A stretch of 64,000 nucleotides of DNA from Eledone cirrhosa (taxonomy: Eukaryota): the NCBI GenBank assembly GCA_964016885.1, contig OZ024746.1:31186001-31250000 (forward strand), read 5' to 3'. A program made the position numbers and the translations under genes. How positions within the stretch are numbered: position 1 is the stretch's first letter; the number at the start of each line of letters is the position of its first letter. Positions 10,693 through 23,335 of this stretch are shown here, in pieces. Below the pieces are notes generated by a model. The model was not told the origin of the DNA and searched no databases. It saw nothing but the letters and a program-made list of their open reading frames with translations.

Positions 10693-12561
10693 CCTTGCTA
10701 TCAAGGAAAACAGCCAATAAATAGTGGCGGTGGTAGTGGTGGTGATGGTGATGATGATGGCGGTGAGGATGATATTGTAAACAGCAGAGTCTGATACTGG
10801 TGTCAATGTTTACACATACACATATGTACATACACATATACACATATGTACACACACACACAGACAGACAGACACACACATCACAGTGATTTATGATCCC
10901 TATGTTTACTTACAGAAATGTGACCTGCTGAAGAATGAATATATTTATTCATGAAACTTTGGGTAGAAATCCTCACAAGTCAGAAAATGTAAACACACAC
11001 ACACACACACACCTATATATATATATATATATATATATTATTATTATATATATATATATTATTATATATATATATACATAGAGAGAGAGAGAGTGGGAGA
11101 GAGAGAGGGAGGGAGAGAGAGGGAGAGAGAGGGAGAGAGAGAGAGAGAAGGGACAGTTCAAGGAGTAAAAAGAGAGTGAACTCTCAGCCAATCTCTCTCT
11201 TATACATGGCAATTGGTAAACTATAGCTGAGGCCTGTATAAACAACATTGTATTTCAGTTATTTTTTATAGAGCTGGGTAGACAGCAGTCAAATGATGAC
11301 CGGGGGGGGGGGGTGAAGAAGAGGGTGAGGATGATGAGGAGAAGGAAGTTGAGGAGGAGGACGATGACAATAGTCACTATATGTATTATTGTTCAAGTCT
11401 TTCCTTATTTTATAAAAACTCAAGGGAGATGCTGTGCTGAGAAGGACCTGGTTAACCCTTTTGGCATCAAACCTCCCGAAACTAGCTCTGGTTCTGTGAT
11501 TAAAAAAACAAACTATTTTTAAATGTTTATGTATATATACATATATTAATTTAATTAAAAGAACAGGAGGCCAGAATGGTCATATCCCTTCAAAGTTTTA
11601 TTGTTGAAAAAAAATACTATATATATATCTCAATAGCCTGGTTACGTAAGACTCTGGTGACATCATCAGGTGTGGATTGCATAATTAGTTAATCAATAAA
11701 AGGAATTATGGCAAACACAAACAATTAATAGAGAAAATATTTGATTCGGAGATGGCCTGTGAAATCAGTGTTATTGTTGCAGCAGACCATCTCTGCTATA
11801 TATATCTATATATATATATATATAGCACAATACACTGTGTAGGATGCTCTCTCAACTTTCTCTAGCAAGGGAGGGGGAAAGAAAGAGACAGAGTGTGAGA
11901 GGGAGAGTAAAAAAGATAGGGTGAAAAGAGAGAGAGAGTTGGTAATAACAATGGTTCTTCTGTTATAGAATCTGATTTATCTTGGAGGTTAATAATAAGA
12001 TACATTTAACAGGTGGTGCGGGGTAGTGGTGGGAGAGGGGGCATTGAAAGTGGTTGGAGCACGGTATTTTTGGAGGCGGTGGTGTTGGTGATAGTAGGGA
12101 CAGTGATGGTGGTGGCAAAGACAGTGATGATGATGGTAACTGTTGTTGAAGGTAGTGGTTGTGGAGGTGGTATTCGGGGTGGTGGTGGTGTGGGTAACAA
12201 TGTTGTTGATGGAGGAGGTGAGGGGGTAACAATGTTGGAGGTGGCGAAATATAGTTTATTTAGTGATTAGTTATCTGATACAATGAGGTAAAGAGGGGGA
12301 GAGGGGAAGGATAGAGCGAATGAAAGTAGAAGATATGGTAAGGTAGAGGGAGGAGTAAGAAGGGAAGAAGATATGGCAAGGTAGAGGTAAGAAGGTAGGT
12401 AAGAAGAAGTAGTAATAGCTATGTCAAAAGAGTAGTAGCTATCAACCACATCTTTAGTATGCAAACAATTTGAATACTTTCCTCCTCCTCCTTACAACAT
12501 TTAACAGCAATTACTCAAGTGTACTCTTGACCACACTATATATATATATATACACACACAT

Positions 12562-12807
12562 CATCATCATCACCGTTTTACATCCATTCTTCCATGCTAG
12601 CATGGGTTAGACGGGTTGTCCTGTTATGGGCAGTGCCCAGTCGGCTGACCATGCCTTGCTCATACGGGAACTGGTTCTGGCTTGATTTCTACAGCTGGAT
12701 GCCCTTCCTAACACCAACCTCATTTACAGTGAGTGCTGGGTGCTTTTTTGCCGTGGCACCTCCACGACCACTTTGCATATATATATTACACACCAACACA
12801 CACTATA

Positions 12808-12845
<38 letters not shown>

Positions 12846-13021
12846 CATTCATCATTTCATTTTACATCCACTTTTTCCCTGCTTGCAAGGGTGGGACGGG
12901 AACTGATTCTGGCTTGATTTACAGTGAATGCTGGGTGCTCTTTTGCCGTGGCACCTGCACGACCACTTTGCAGTGGAATGATATGGACCCCAGTCCCTAT
13001 CATCTCATCAATGTGCCTCCA
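12562..13021 (-). mobile_element. Two adjacent SINE/RTE-tail fragments; the second is an internally deleted copy of the 5894-6233 SINE
   Basis: CAGCTGGATGCCCTTCCTAACACCAACCTCATTTACAGTGAGTGCTGGG. The second copy ends in ATGTGCCTCC, the SINE 5' end. Confidence 0.8.
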
Positions 13022-13224
13022 TATATATATATATTTGCAACGGGCAGCCTATTATTATCATATATATATATATATATAGTGTATTGGTGTGTAACATCCA
13101 GTTACTATTGGTTCACTAGTTTCAGCACGCAATGCTAATTGGATCCAGTTGCCAATGTGGTATTCTACGATTGGTATCCTTAAGAAACAGAGTGTTAATA
13201 ATAATAATAATAATAATAATAATT

Positions 13225-13408
13225 GTTTCTACTTTAGGCACAAGGCCAGCAATTACCCAGTGCGTTACTGGTACTTTATTTTATCGACCCCGTAAGGATG
13301 AAAGGCAAAGTCAACCTCGGCGGGATTTGAACTCAGATCGTAAAGGGACGTAACTATGCTGGAAAGCATGGCGTCCGACCCTCTACCGATACTGCCAATC
13401 CACCGCCC
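13225..13408 (-). mobile_element. tRNA-derived SINE (second family), flanked by (ATA)n
   Basis: CTGGTACTTTATTTTATCGACCCCGTAAGGATGAAAGGCAAAGTCAACCTCGGCGGGATTTGAACTCAG...CCACCGCCC. Confidence 0.85.
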
Positions 13409-13457
13409 TATAATAATAATAATAATACTGAGCAGGAGTAAAGTATCAATATAACAT

Positions 13458-13532
13458 CTTGAGACGCACGTTTCGGGATTGATCAGCTCAAGGCTACGAT
13501 TGATAGCTGGAATCAATAGCTCATCAGACATG
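13458..13532 (-). ncRNA. Hammerhead ribozyme-like motif (Penelope type)
   Basis: Minus strand CTGATGA-G...stem II (ATTGAT/ATCAAT, CAGCT/AGCTG)...C-GAAAC-GTGC-GTC; stem I poorly paired. Confidence 0.6.
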
Positions 13533-13544
13533 TAGGAATCTACA

Positions 13545-14075
13545 AGTCTTTTGTGTGATGGTATTGGTAAAGGTGGTGATGTCAGTGACGATGACGGTGG
13601 TGACGGAGATGGCAGTGACGGTAGTAATGGTGGTGATGCTAGTGATGATAATGGTAGTGATGGTGGTGGTGATGGTGGTGGTTATGGTGTTGGTGGTGGT
13701 GGTGGTGGTGGTGATGGTGGAGGTGATGGCAGTGATGGTAGTAATGGTGGTGATGCTAGTGATGATAATGGTAGTGATGGTGGTGGAAGTGATGGCGGTG
13801 GTGGCAGTGATGGTAGTAATGGTAGTAATGGTAGTAATGGTGGTGATGGTAGTGATCATAATGGTAGTGATGGTGGTGGTGATGATGGTGGAAGTGATGG
13901 CGGTGATGGCAGTGATGGTAGTAATGGTGGTGATGGTGGTGGTGATGATGGTGGTGGTGGCGGCGGTGATGGCAGTGATGGTAGTAATGGTAGTAATGGT
14001 GGTGATGCTAGTGATGGTGGTAATGGTAGTGATGATGGCACTAATGCTAACGATAGTAATGATGATGGTGGTGGC
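13545..14075. repeat. (GGT/GAT/AGT)n degenerate trinucleotide array
   Basis: Direct reading; recurrent GGCAGTGATGGTAGTAATGGTGGTGATG blocks. Confidence 0.9.
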
Positions 14076-14751
14076 AGTTCCAAACATCAGGAATTCTTCA
14101 AGAGGACTCTTGAAAAACTCACAGATTTCATGTTATATTATTTATATCTCAGAACTAAAAATCAACAAAAAAATAAAACGCAGAAACCTTTTGTATTTAT
14201 TGTTGGCTGGCAAGTTGAAAAATAGAACAAAATCTAAACAACTTCCATTAATGAGTACTTCAGTAATTACTACCTTGTTTAATCAAGTTATTTCTTTTAT
14301 AACGAACTATGAAATTTCTCATAATTATTTTGCACAAGACCAATTTTACACAACATGAAAAAATAATTGTTTTGTGTAAAATATTATTATATTTAGCTAT
14401 TTATTTATTGGATTGAATTTTTATGTTAATTTCTTTAAATACTTTCATAGAGAGGGTTGTTTGGGCCTGTAAAGTGGTAGTACTGGTGCCACAATAAAAT
14501 ATACCCAGTACACACTGTAATGTGGTTGTGCTGGTTCCATGATAAAATGCCTCCAATATTCACAGTAAAGTGGTTGGCATTATGAAGGGTATCCATCCAT
14601 AGAAACTCAGCCAAATATGGAAGATATGAATACAGTTGTCTGCCCTGCCTAGTCTCAGACAATGATGACCTGTCCAAGCCATATCAGACATAAACAGGCA
14701 TAAAATTATGATTTTGAATAGGTTAGACAATTCAACAAATTTTTATACAAA

Positions 14752-15480
14752 TCTTTTGATCTGAAATCACCTGAAACCAGCCCTGGTACAGTGTTATTTA
14801 TTTCAAAGTGTTTATATTAAATTTAAAACTTTCATCATAATTTTATGTTAGACCCTTTGTTAGGTTATGTTCCAAATTTTTGATTATTTGAAAAATCATG
14901 CTTTTCATTAGAAATATAGCATTGAAAAGGTTATAGTGTCTGTATTTATCTAAAAAAGAAAACTTCATTATTTCATGTAAGGATGAAAGGCAAAGTTAAC
15001 GCCGAGATTAACTTTGCCTTTTATCCTTATGAGGCCGACAAAATAAAGCATACACTGGGGTAATTGCTGGCCTTATGCCAAAAGTAGTAGAAACAATTAT
15101 TTTATGCAAGAACCTTTACATTTAAAACACCAGCTTAATGAGAAAGTCATATTACCAAATCTCTTAAAATTCTTGAATATTTTGAAAATGATTTGAAAGT
15201 TATAGGCAATGTCTTTCATCAGAAATATAGTAATGGATGGGTTAAAGTGTTTATATTTATCTAAAAACTTTCCATCATAATATTATGTAAAAACCTTTAA
15301 GTTATGTTCCAAACAGTAGCTTAATTATGAGAAATCTCTCCAGATTCCTGATTATTTTCAAAATCCAAAGGCAGTGTTTTTCATTAGGAATATGGTATTG
15401 AAAGGGCATGAAGTGTTTAGAAAGTTAGTTATATTACTAAATTTCTCAAAATTCTTAATTATTTTCAAAATTATTTTAGC
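14752..15480 (+). mobile_element. Cluster of piggyBac-type MITE (family B) copies and partial tandem copies, with a SINE fragment at ~14975-15090
   Basis: Repeated TTATGTTCCAAA...TTTCATTAGAAATATAG...AAAAGGTTA segments; homologous to 56758-57437, 32870-33067, 25480-25590 and 11452-11520. Confidence 0.65.
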
Positions 15481-15514
15481 TCTTTACATCTTGCACTGCA
15501 CAAAACCACTGTAG

Positions 15515-15810
15515 TAAGACATTCTTGTAAAGTACAAAACAACACTATGACTACATTACATTAACTCGGAACGTCCTGTACATCATACCACACTAGCAAA
15601 ACATTCTTGTAACGTACAAAACAGCACTATGACTGCATTACATTCATTTGTAACGTCCAGTACCACATCAAACTACACTACCAAAACATTCTTGTAAAAA
15701 CTCAAAACAACACTATGACTGCAATACATTCATTTGTAACGTCCTGTACCACATCAAACCACATTAACAAGGCATTCTTGAAAACTACAACACATTACTA
15801 TGACCACACA
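15515..15810. repeat. ~85-bp minisatellite (~3.5 copies)
   Basis: ACATTCTTGTAA...AAAACAACACTATGACTGCATTACATTCATTTGTAACGTCC repeated. Confidence 0.85.
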
Positions 15811-16642
15811 TTAAGAGTTTTAAAATCTTTACTCCTAAAAGTCCAAAATTTCACAATAATCTGTCCATTAGTAAAGATACTATCATCATTTGAATTAACA
15901 AACCCATTTTTAGATATTTTCAGCTAAACCATTAGAGGATATAAAGAGTTAAAATCATAGACAGTGCATTATTCCATTAGAAATATGGTCACAAAAGAAT
16001 ATTTAAACATTTTTTCATTAGTGAGTTGTTGAGTAATTAGTATTTTGTTTAATCAACTTGTTAGTTTTATAATGAACTCTGAAATTTCTAATAATTACTT
16101 TGAACAAGACCAATTTTACAGAGAGTGCAAAAAATAACTATAAACTGTTTGAAATAAAAAAAATGATATTATTCAGATGTGATAATAACTCTTGATTTAT
16201 CATTTACTATTTGATTGATTTATTATAGTTATTTATTTATTTCTATTTATTTTCAAACAAACAAAACAAAAAAAAAAATGTTCTATCAATCTTAAATAGG
16301 TTAGATAATTATACAAATTTTTACATAATTTAAATAAAAAAATTATTGTCTGCCAGTTATAATGATAATTATATCGTAATGAAGATGAAATATCTGATGC
16401 TGGTAATTTAAATAATGTTGTTGTTGTTGTTTAATTTACCTCTTCCTCCTCTTCATCTTCATCACATAATTTTAACTTTGATTGCACAAACCTAGGCCAA
16501 AAGGTTTCCCAGCCATGACCTTCCTGTCTTTTTAGGGCTATCTAACTAAAACTATATTATCTAATGCGTCTTCCATCCTCCACCCTTGATTTAAGATGGT
16601 AGAGTATGATTTAGGCTAGACATAGCTGTTAGTTTTAGCTTG

Positions 16643-16869
16643 TTAACCCTTTAGCATTTACATTACTATATATTTATTATTGTATTTCCATGGTAAAGGC
16701 TTTAACTCATAATTATCTCACGATATATCGAATCGACAAGATCTTGATATTATTTATTTTGAAAACAGTATCTTAACATAAGTATGGGCAGCTGGTTATG
16801 GCCAGTTTGAACAGAAACAGGTGAGAGAATTCTGGGTGGATAAGGCTGGTTTAAATGGTAAAGGGTTAA
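16643..16869. mobile_element. piggyBac-type MITE (family A), ~220 bp
   Basis: TTAA-CCCTTTAGCATTTA ... TAAATGGTAAAGGG-TTAA (TTAA TSD, 13/14 TIR); inverted copy at 33329-33556. Confidence 0.88.
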
Positions 16870-17544
16870 GCAGCCATGTAGCTCTTAAAGTCTTGTACAG
16901 GTCACATGCATGCACACACACACAAACATACATACATAGCAGTAGCACTAACATAACATAGTGGCAAGTGCAGTGCATAATAAGTGGTATACGAAAGCAT
17001 ATATGATATGCTTATGTATAATAAACATACAAGAATCTTGTTATGAATGTTTTCATCTGTGATCATGTCACAGCTATCTCAGTAGCAGTGAGAATGGCAG
17101 ATAGCTGTTTCTAGATTTTTCTCCTTCATCAGAAACATTTATTCACTCTGTACTGAGATGACAATAGGCTACAGCATCTATGGGTTTTGCATATGAAACA
17201 TTGCCTGGTGATGCTCATTTGCATAGTGTGGATAAAATATCGACTGGAGGTGTTTATTTGCACATGTTATTTTTATGTGCTATATGCAAATGTACATCTC
17301 TAGCACATGTTTCATTTGCACTATATGCAAATTAGTATCAGCAGCTGATGTTTCATACATCAATATATATGTGGGATGAGATGACAAGACACAATCTCTC
17401 TAGAGCTGGTGCCACAGTAAAGTATACCCAGTACACTATAAAGCTGCTGGTGTCAGGCAGGGCATCCAGATGTAGATATCATGCTGACCCATCAAGGAAG
17501 AAAGAAAATATCAACAGTGGGTCATTAAAAAAAAAAATGAACTG

Positions 17545-17810
17545 TTGAGGTGTTTTCTGTGGGCCTTGAACATTTTCAAATGCTCATGTGTAAGATATGG
17601 TATAATATATATGTGGGCCATTGAGATATGCTCTGTGGGCCTCAGGCATTTTCAAATGCTTATGTGTAAGATATGATATAATATACATGTGGAGCATTGA
17701 GGTTTTTTGTGGGCCTCAGACATTTTCAAATGTTTATATGTAAGATATGAAATAATAAATATAAGGGCCATTGAGGTGTTTTCTGTGGGCCTTGGGCATA
17801 TTCAAATGTC
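17545..17810. repeat. ~76-bp minisatellite (~3.5 copies)
   Basis: TTGAGGTGTTTTCTGTGGGCCT...CATTTTCAAATGC...TGTAAGATATG repeated. Confidence 0.85.
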
Positions 17811-17869
17811 TACATTATTCAGATGTAATAATAACTATCTTTCTATTTCATCTTTTATTTCTCATTCTA

Positions 17870-17980
17870 TCTTCTGATGAAGGACTAGAGTCCGAAATGC
17901 TAAGACTCTTTTCTTACTATATCAAGCATTAAACTAATATATTTCTGTACTGTTTGCTTTGTTGTTTCTGTTTACTTTTT
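17870..17980 (+). mobile_element. Penelope-like pseudo-LTR fragment with minimal hammerhead motif
   Basis: TCTT-CTGATGA-A-GGAC-TAGA-GTCC-GAAA-TGCT-AAGA; cleavage-site U is mutated. Confidence 0.65.
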
Positions 17981-18030
17981 GTATATATATATATGGAAGT
18001 AGGTTTGGAACACAGTGAGCGAAGTTTAGA

Positions 18031-18185
18031 ATTGAAATAGAAATAGAAGCTTCACCATAATATTTTGACTATATAATATAGTCTAATAATGGGGCTTATA
18101 AACCCACTGAACATAATATGCCCTATTATTAGACTATATTACATAATCTAAAATATTACAGTGACGCTTCTATATCTATTTCAAT
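18031..18185. repeat. Imperfect fold-back palindrome
   Basis: ATTGAAATAGAAATAGAAGC...TAATATAGTCTAATAAT vs ATTATTAGACTATATTA...GCTTCTATATCTATTTCAAT. Confidence 0.85.
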
Positions 18186-18689
18186 GTATGTGTATGTGTG
18201 TGTGTGTGTTTGTATGTGTACCAGGTGAGCAATTTTGCAGTTATTAGATCGTTGTATATTTCTGTGGACCATTGGGTAAAGCTAAAAAAAAAAGAATCAA
18301 TCAAATGCTGTCCATTATAAAACAGAAACTACTCTAATCTAGAGAATTAGAGAAATTCTCAAGAATTATTTTGACATAAAACAAGGAAATAGGTTTGATG
18401 GAAATCTGCAACAATTCCTACAGAATGCCGCCAACAGCCTTTATCATAGAATGGTCTTCTGAAATGATGGAATATTTTCAAATCAATATCCCCCTCCATA
18501 CCCACTCTCTCCCATTCTTTGATAAATGTCACAGCAGCAGCAGCAGATTCTAACCTTTCAGAATGTAAGACTTCCTAACAGCATCTTACAGCATTTCTAC
18601 TTCATATTTACTCTATATCTGTGTGTTTATATATATATACACCCACACACATTCTGTGATATATATATGTATATACACACACAATGTTG

Positions 18690-18746
<57 letters not shown>

Positions 18747-18785
18747 GCACATGTAGAAATCAACTATACAGATATAAATACATAC

Positions 18786-18828
<43 letters not shown>

Positions 18829-18859
18829 TATCAATAGAGTTAACTAAAGGGAATGAAAA

Positions 18860-19290
18860 TTCTTCTTCTTCGTCCACCTATTCCTGGAGGATCATGCGAG
18901 TAGAGTCCCCAAACCCTCCTTACAGCGAGTCATGTCAAAAGCAACCGTCTCCAATTGATCCGGCTAGATCCCCAAGTGAGACCAGCCGAGCTCTATCAAT
19001 GTTATCCAACCACCTTGCTTGGGGTCCACCCCTGGGTCTCCTGCTAGTTGGTTTTGTCCATAAAATCTGACCAGCAAATTATTCCTGAGACATGTTTACC
19101 ACATGCCTGTAATATTGGAACTGTGATCTCTCAATTCAGAGAAGTAACAGCTCTACCTGGAGCCACACTCAGATCTCCAAACTACTCCCTGTACTCCTAA
19201 GACCCTTCGGATATTATTCTTTCATTCATTACCCAAGATTTATGACCATAGGAAAAAGTTTGCACGAACACCGAGTTGAAGATAGCGAAT
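18860..19290 (-). mobile_element. Decayed RTE-clade (Expander/Rex3-like) LINE 3' fragment
   Basis: Minus translation pieces IFNSVFVQTFSYGHKSWVMNER and IERSQFQYYRHVVNMSQE...PTSRRPRGGPQARWLDNI, with stops and frameshifts. Confidence 0.75.
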
Positions 19291-19484
19291 CAAAATTGCC
19301 AATCAATAATATATTTAAGCTGAATGTGTTTATGTCATTATAGATAGAAATATGATTTCAAGGTAGAAGAAAAAGGTGACATATATAACACAGAGCATAT
19401 AATGTTTTAAGAAATCTATTCTTAAAAAATATATTTATAGATGAGAATATGATGGAAAAAAAGTAATAGAATCACATATAGAAA

Positions 19485-19780
19485 TATATTTATACACACA
19501 CACACATACACATACATACATACATACATGCAGATGCATTTGCATATACTCGATATATATACACACACACATACACATACATACATACATACATGCAGAT
19601 GCATTTGCATATACTCGATATATATACACACACACACATACACATACATACATACATACATACATGCAGATGCATTTGCATATACTCGATATATATACAC
19701 ACACACATACACATACATACATACATACATGCAGATGCATTTGCATATACTCAATATATATACACACACACACACACACA
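19485..19780. repeat. ~65-70-bp compound minisatellite (4 copies)
   Basis: (CA)n(CATA)n-TGCAGATGCATTTGCATATACTCGATATATA unit. Confidence 0.9.
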
Positions 19781-19986
19781 TGGAGTTCAACCCATGCCAG
19801 CATAGAAAACAGACATAAAATGATGATAATGGCAACAACATATATATAAACATGTAACTACATGCATACACACACACATATTTACATCCTGTCTTAGATT
19901 CTAAGATTCTACTATATCAAACTAATGATCTTAGTGCATGTGGGGGGGGGGGGGGGGGCGTGTGCATGTGCGTGCGAGAGAGAAAG

Positions 19987-21261
19987 TATATCCTAGATTT
20001 GTCAAAAAGGAATCCAATTTTTTTCCCTGCGGGAAGTAATGACATTAGGGAGAGAAAAGTATGCAGTTGGAGTCACATACATTCATGTGGTTGCCTGGTT
20101 TTTGGCAAGCTTGCTGGATATGTCAGTCACTGTCAGGCAGTCAGTGTGTGAAATGATGCATTACTTATCACATTTTCTTTTTACTTGTGATGAATAAATT
20201 TGTGGAGCAAGGATCTTGCACCAAGGTTTGGCAAAACTTGGTGTAAGATACTTAAACAGTTTGTAAAATGAAACATGCTTTTGGTGACACGGCCATGGGT
20301 GTTACCCAAATAGTACAACTGGTTCGAAAATGGTTGCACATCAGTGGAGAGTGCCTAGGGTTCTGGGAAGCTATCAGCAAACCCTGATGTAATGGTTATC
20401 GAGAAAGTGTGGCTGTTGGTGGAGGGTGTGGGAAATCATTAAAGATTCTACATGAGCAATTTTATAGGGGTATTTTGGCATATGTAGAGTGGTTCTGAAA
20501 TTTGTGCCAAAGTTGCTTTTTCAGAAACAGCTTCTAGACTTTACATAGGACTTGCTTCATATTGCCAAAAAGAATCCTGAGTTCCTGAATACCATTATAA
20601 CTAAAGATGTAGGTGTATCCATACAACCCAGAAACCAAAGCACAGTCATCACAAAGGAAGCACCGTCCAATATCATCAAGGCTCTAAAAAGCATGTCAGG
20701 TGTGTAGCAAAATCAAGATAATGCTGACTGTTTTCTTTGACTACTGAGGGACTGCATATCACAAATACACACCAGAAGAACAAACGGTTACAAAGGAGTA
20801 CTATCAGGAAGTCCTCTGACATCTTCATGATGTAGTTTGGCACAAGAGAACAGATCTGTGGGCCTCACAAAATTGACAGCTGCATCATGACAACACCCTG
20901 GCTTATTTGACACAACTGGTCCATGATTTCTTGACAAAGAAAGGTTTTTCAATCATTTTCCAGGCTCCCTACTCTCTAGGCATGGCTCTTTTTGACTTCT
21001 GGTTGTTCCCCAAAATGAAGATACCACTGAAAGGCCCGAACACTGAAAGCCAAGAAGACATTATGTGGACTGCAACAGTGGAGCTAAGAGTAATTCCAGA
21101 AGAAGCCTTCCAGAAGTTCTTCAAACTGGGAAAGAATTTCGGGACTTCATGTGAAGAAACCCAAGGGGGCTACTTCAAAGGGAATTAGTAATTGAACCCC
21201 ACCAAATATGTAATTTCTTTTCCAGTCTAAGGTTGGATACTTTTTTGCCAGACCTTGTATA
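19987..21261 (+). mobile_element. Decayed full-length mariner transposon (transposase pseudogene)
   Basis: Motif remnants FLNTIIT, YNPETKAQSSQ, KIMLTVFFD, TVTKEYYQEVL, LHHDN and APYSLGMALFDFWLFPKMKIPLKG with several stops. Degenerate TIRs with TA ends; ~1.27 kb. Confidence 0.88.
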
Positions 21262-21694
21262 TAATACAAACAAAAGTCATGGAAATGTTATAAGAAAGAA
21301 CCAGAGAAAGAATCAAGTTATCATTCAATAGAAGACTGCTAAATTATAAAGACATCTTCACACAATACATGATTCCTTTACCATTTGTTTTTGTTTTTCT
21401 TGAAAGATGGCTGAAATCTTAGAAAGTATGAAAATGTTGTTTTTTTTAAACACAGACTTGTTGAAGAACTAGTTTAAGAGCATCATAGGAATAAGTGAGA
21501 TAATTAGATCATTTTAGAAACCATAAATGTTTGGTGTAGAACTTATGTTGCTAGTGGCAGGTGGATTCATAGAAACACTTATACAACATAAGAAATATTC
21601 CACAACCAAATAATACAACGTGTAAAAGAATTTCAGGAATTAACAATAACTAAATTACATATGTAAGTTATTGAAAGAATTAGAGAAAGAATTA

Positions 21695-22325
21695 TAGGAT
21701 GCTCATGTATAAACTGCTATGTTACATGGCAGCAGCAGAACATGGGTCCCGAGTGTAGAAGATTTGTGGTAACTAAAAAGGAAATAAGGCAGGGATGTGT
21801 AATGTTAATGTACATCAACAACCAGAACATAAGTCAACAACCAGAACATAAGGAGAAACTAAGGAAGATATGGAAGTTGTGAAGAATGGCCACAAGGAAA
21901 TAACACAAGACTGAGCCAACTGGTGATATACCATAATACAAAAGATTTGTCTACCAGTACAAACACTGCAACATTGAGTAATGAAGTCGACCATTGTCAC
22001 AACAGAATATATCAAAACAATGTTGGTGTCATGATAAAAGCACCCACTACACTCTGTAAATTGGTTGGCAATAAGACAGTAACTATTTAGAGTAGAGAGG
22101 ACTCTTCAATCTAGCCAAGCATATGACAACCTTTCTAGTGCTGGTGCTAGGATAAAATACTCCCTGTAAAGTTTTAGTATTAGGAAGGGCATCCACATTT
22201 AGAAACCATACCAAATATGGGCTGTATAAACAAGATGAGATCTCTCTGACTTGTCTAGTCTTGAACTGTAACAACCTATCCAACCTATACCAACATGGAA
22301 GGTGGGTGTATGATGATGATGATTG
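21695..22325 (+). mobile_element. Decayed RTE fragments (ORF piece and 3'UTR/tail)
   Basis: TAMLHGS..TW...EDL at ~21715; TTAGGAAGGGCATCCA...ATGATGATGAT tail. Confidence 0.6.
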
Positions 22326-22454
22326 AATTTATGATTCAGTTGGACAACTGGACCAATATTATGTGGCTCAACTATAAGTATTGGTCAAAGATTTGTATAA
22401 AACCAGTGAGTACAAAGCCACTTAACGTTGGTTGACAATAGATGAACATATAAC

Positions 22455-22620
22455 AGCTGGTAATAGACCTAGGTCAGATGTAAAATATAGGCCCTTAAAG
22501 CTGGTTATAGACCCAGGCCAGATGTAAAATATAGACATCCCCCCTTTCCCCAAGCTAGTAATAAACTCAGGCCAGATGTAAAATATAAGCCCTTAAAGCT
22601 GGTAATAGGTTTCAGGCCTA
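22455..22620. repeat. ~45-bp minisatellite (~3.5 copies)
   Basis: AGCTGGTAATAGACCTAGGTCAGATGTAAAATATAGGCCCTTAA unit. Confidence 0.8.
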
Positions 22621-22944
22621 ATATATTTACATGTAACACTATTTATATATACCTACCAACCTACAACTTACTTGCCCTCTCCCTATCTGTCTACCAACTT
22701 ACCCATCCATCCACATACACCTCTATTTTAGTCTACCCCACCCACCCCAATAAAGACATGGACATTACACATTTATATTCCTCACTCACCATTAATGTAA
22801 ATATTTTTGCCAGTACAAGAAATCAATACGGTCTATTACAAATCAATTATTGGTATTTTGTTCAACCAACGACCCCTTTAAGAAACCAAAGAAAACACTA
22901 ACAGCCAATGATATTTATAATTTTACTATCTTTTTTAATGGTTC

Positions 22945-23335
22945 CAGTCATTAGACTGTGGCCATGCTAGGGCACCACCTTCAGAAGTACAGGCAACAAT
23001 TACATTAGATTGTGGCCATGCTACGGCACCATCTTCAAAAGTACAGACAACAATTACATTAGACTGGCCATGCTGGGGCCACTACCTTCTGAAGTACAGA
23101 CAATTACATTAGACTGTGACCATCCTAGAGCACTACCTTCAAACGTACAGACAACAATTACATTAGACTGTGGCCATCCTGGAGCACTCACTACCTTCAA
23201 ACGTACAGACAACAATTACATTAGACTGTGGCCATGCTGGGGCACTACCTTCTGAAGTACAGACAATTACATTAGATTGTGGCCATGCTGGGGCGCCACC
23301 TTCAGAAGTACAGATAATTACATTAGAATTTGGCC
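22945..23335. repeat. 51-58-bp minisatellite (~7.5 copies), derived from a dispersed-repeat segment
   Basis: CATTAGACTGTGGCCATGCTGGGGCACTACCTTCTGAAGTACAGACAATTA unit. The core is the reverse complement of GGTGCCCCAGCATGGCC seen singly at 53286. Confidence 0.88.

Noticed and set aside
10770-11000. Four forkhead-like TGTTTAC/GTAAACA motifs
   Set aside because: Short AT-rich motif, partly created by adjacent (CA)n; not distinguishable from chance by eye
11635-11675. Hammerhead-like CTGATGA on the minus strand (also 46375-46412)
   Set aside because: Core incomplete (GAAA mutated or CUG missing)
13524-14358. Gly/Asp/Ser-, Val/Met- and Thr-rich ORFs
   Set aside because: Open in several frames on both strands because of trinucleotide repeats; no domain or splice evidence
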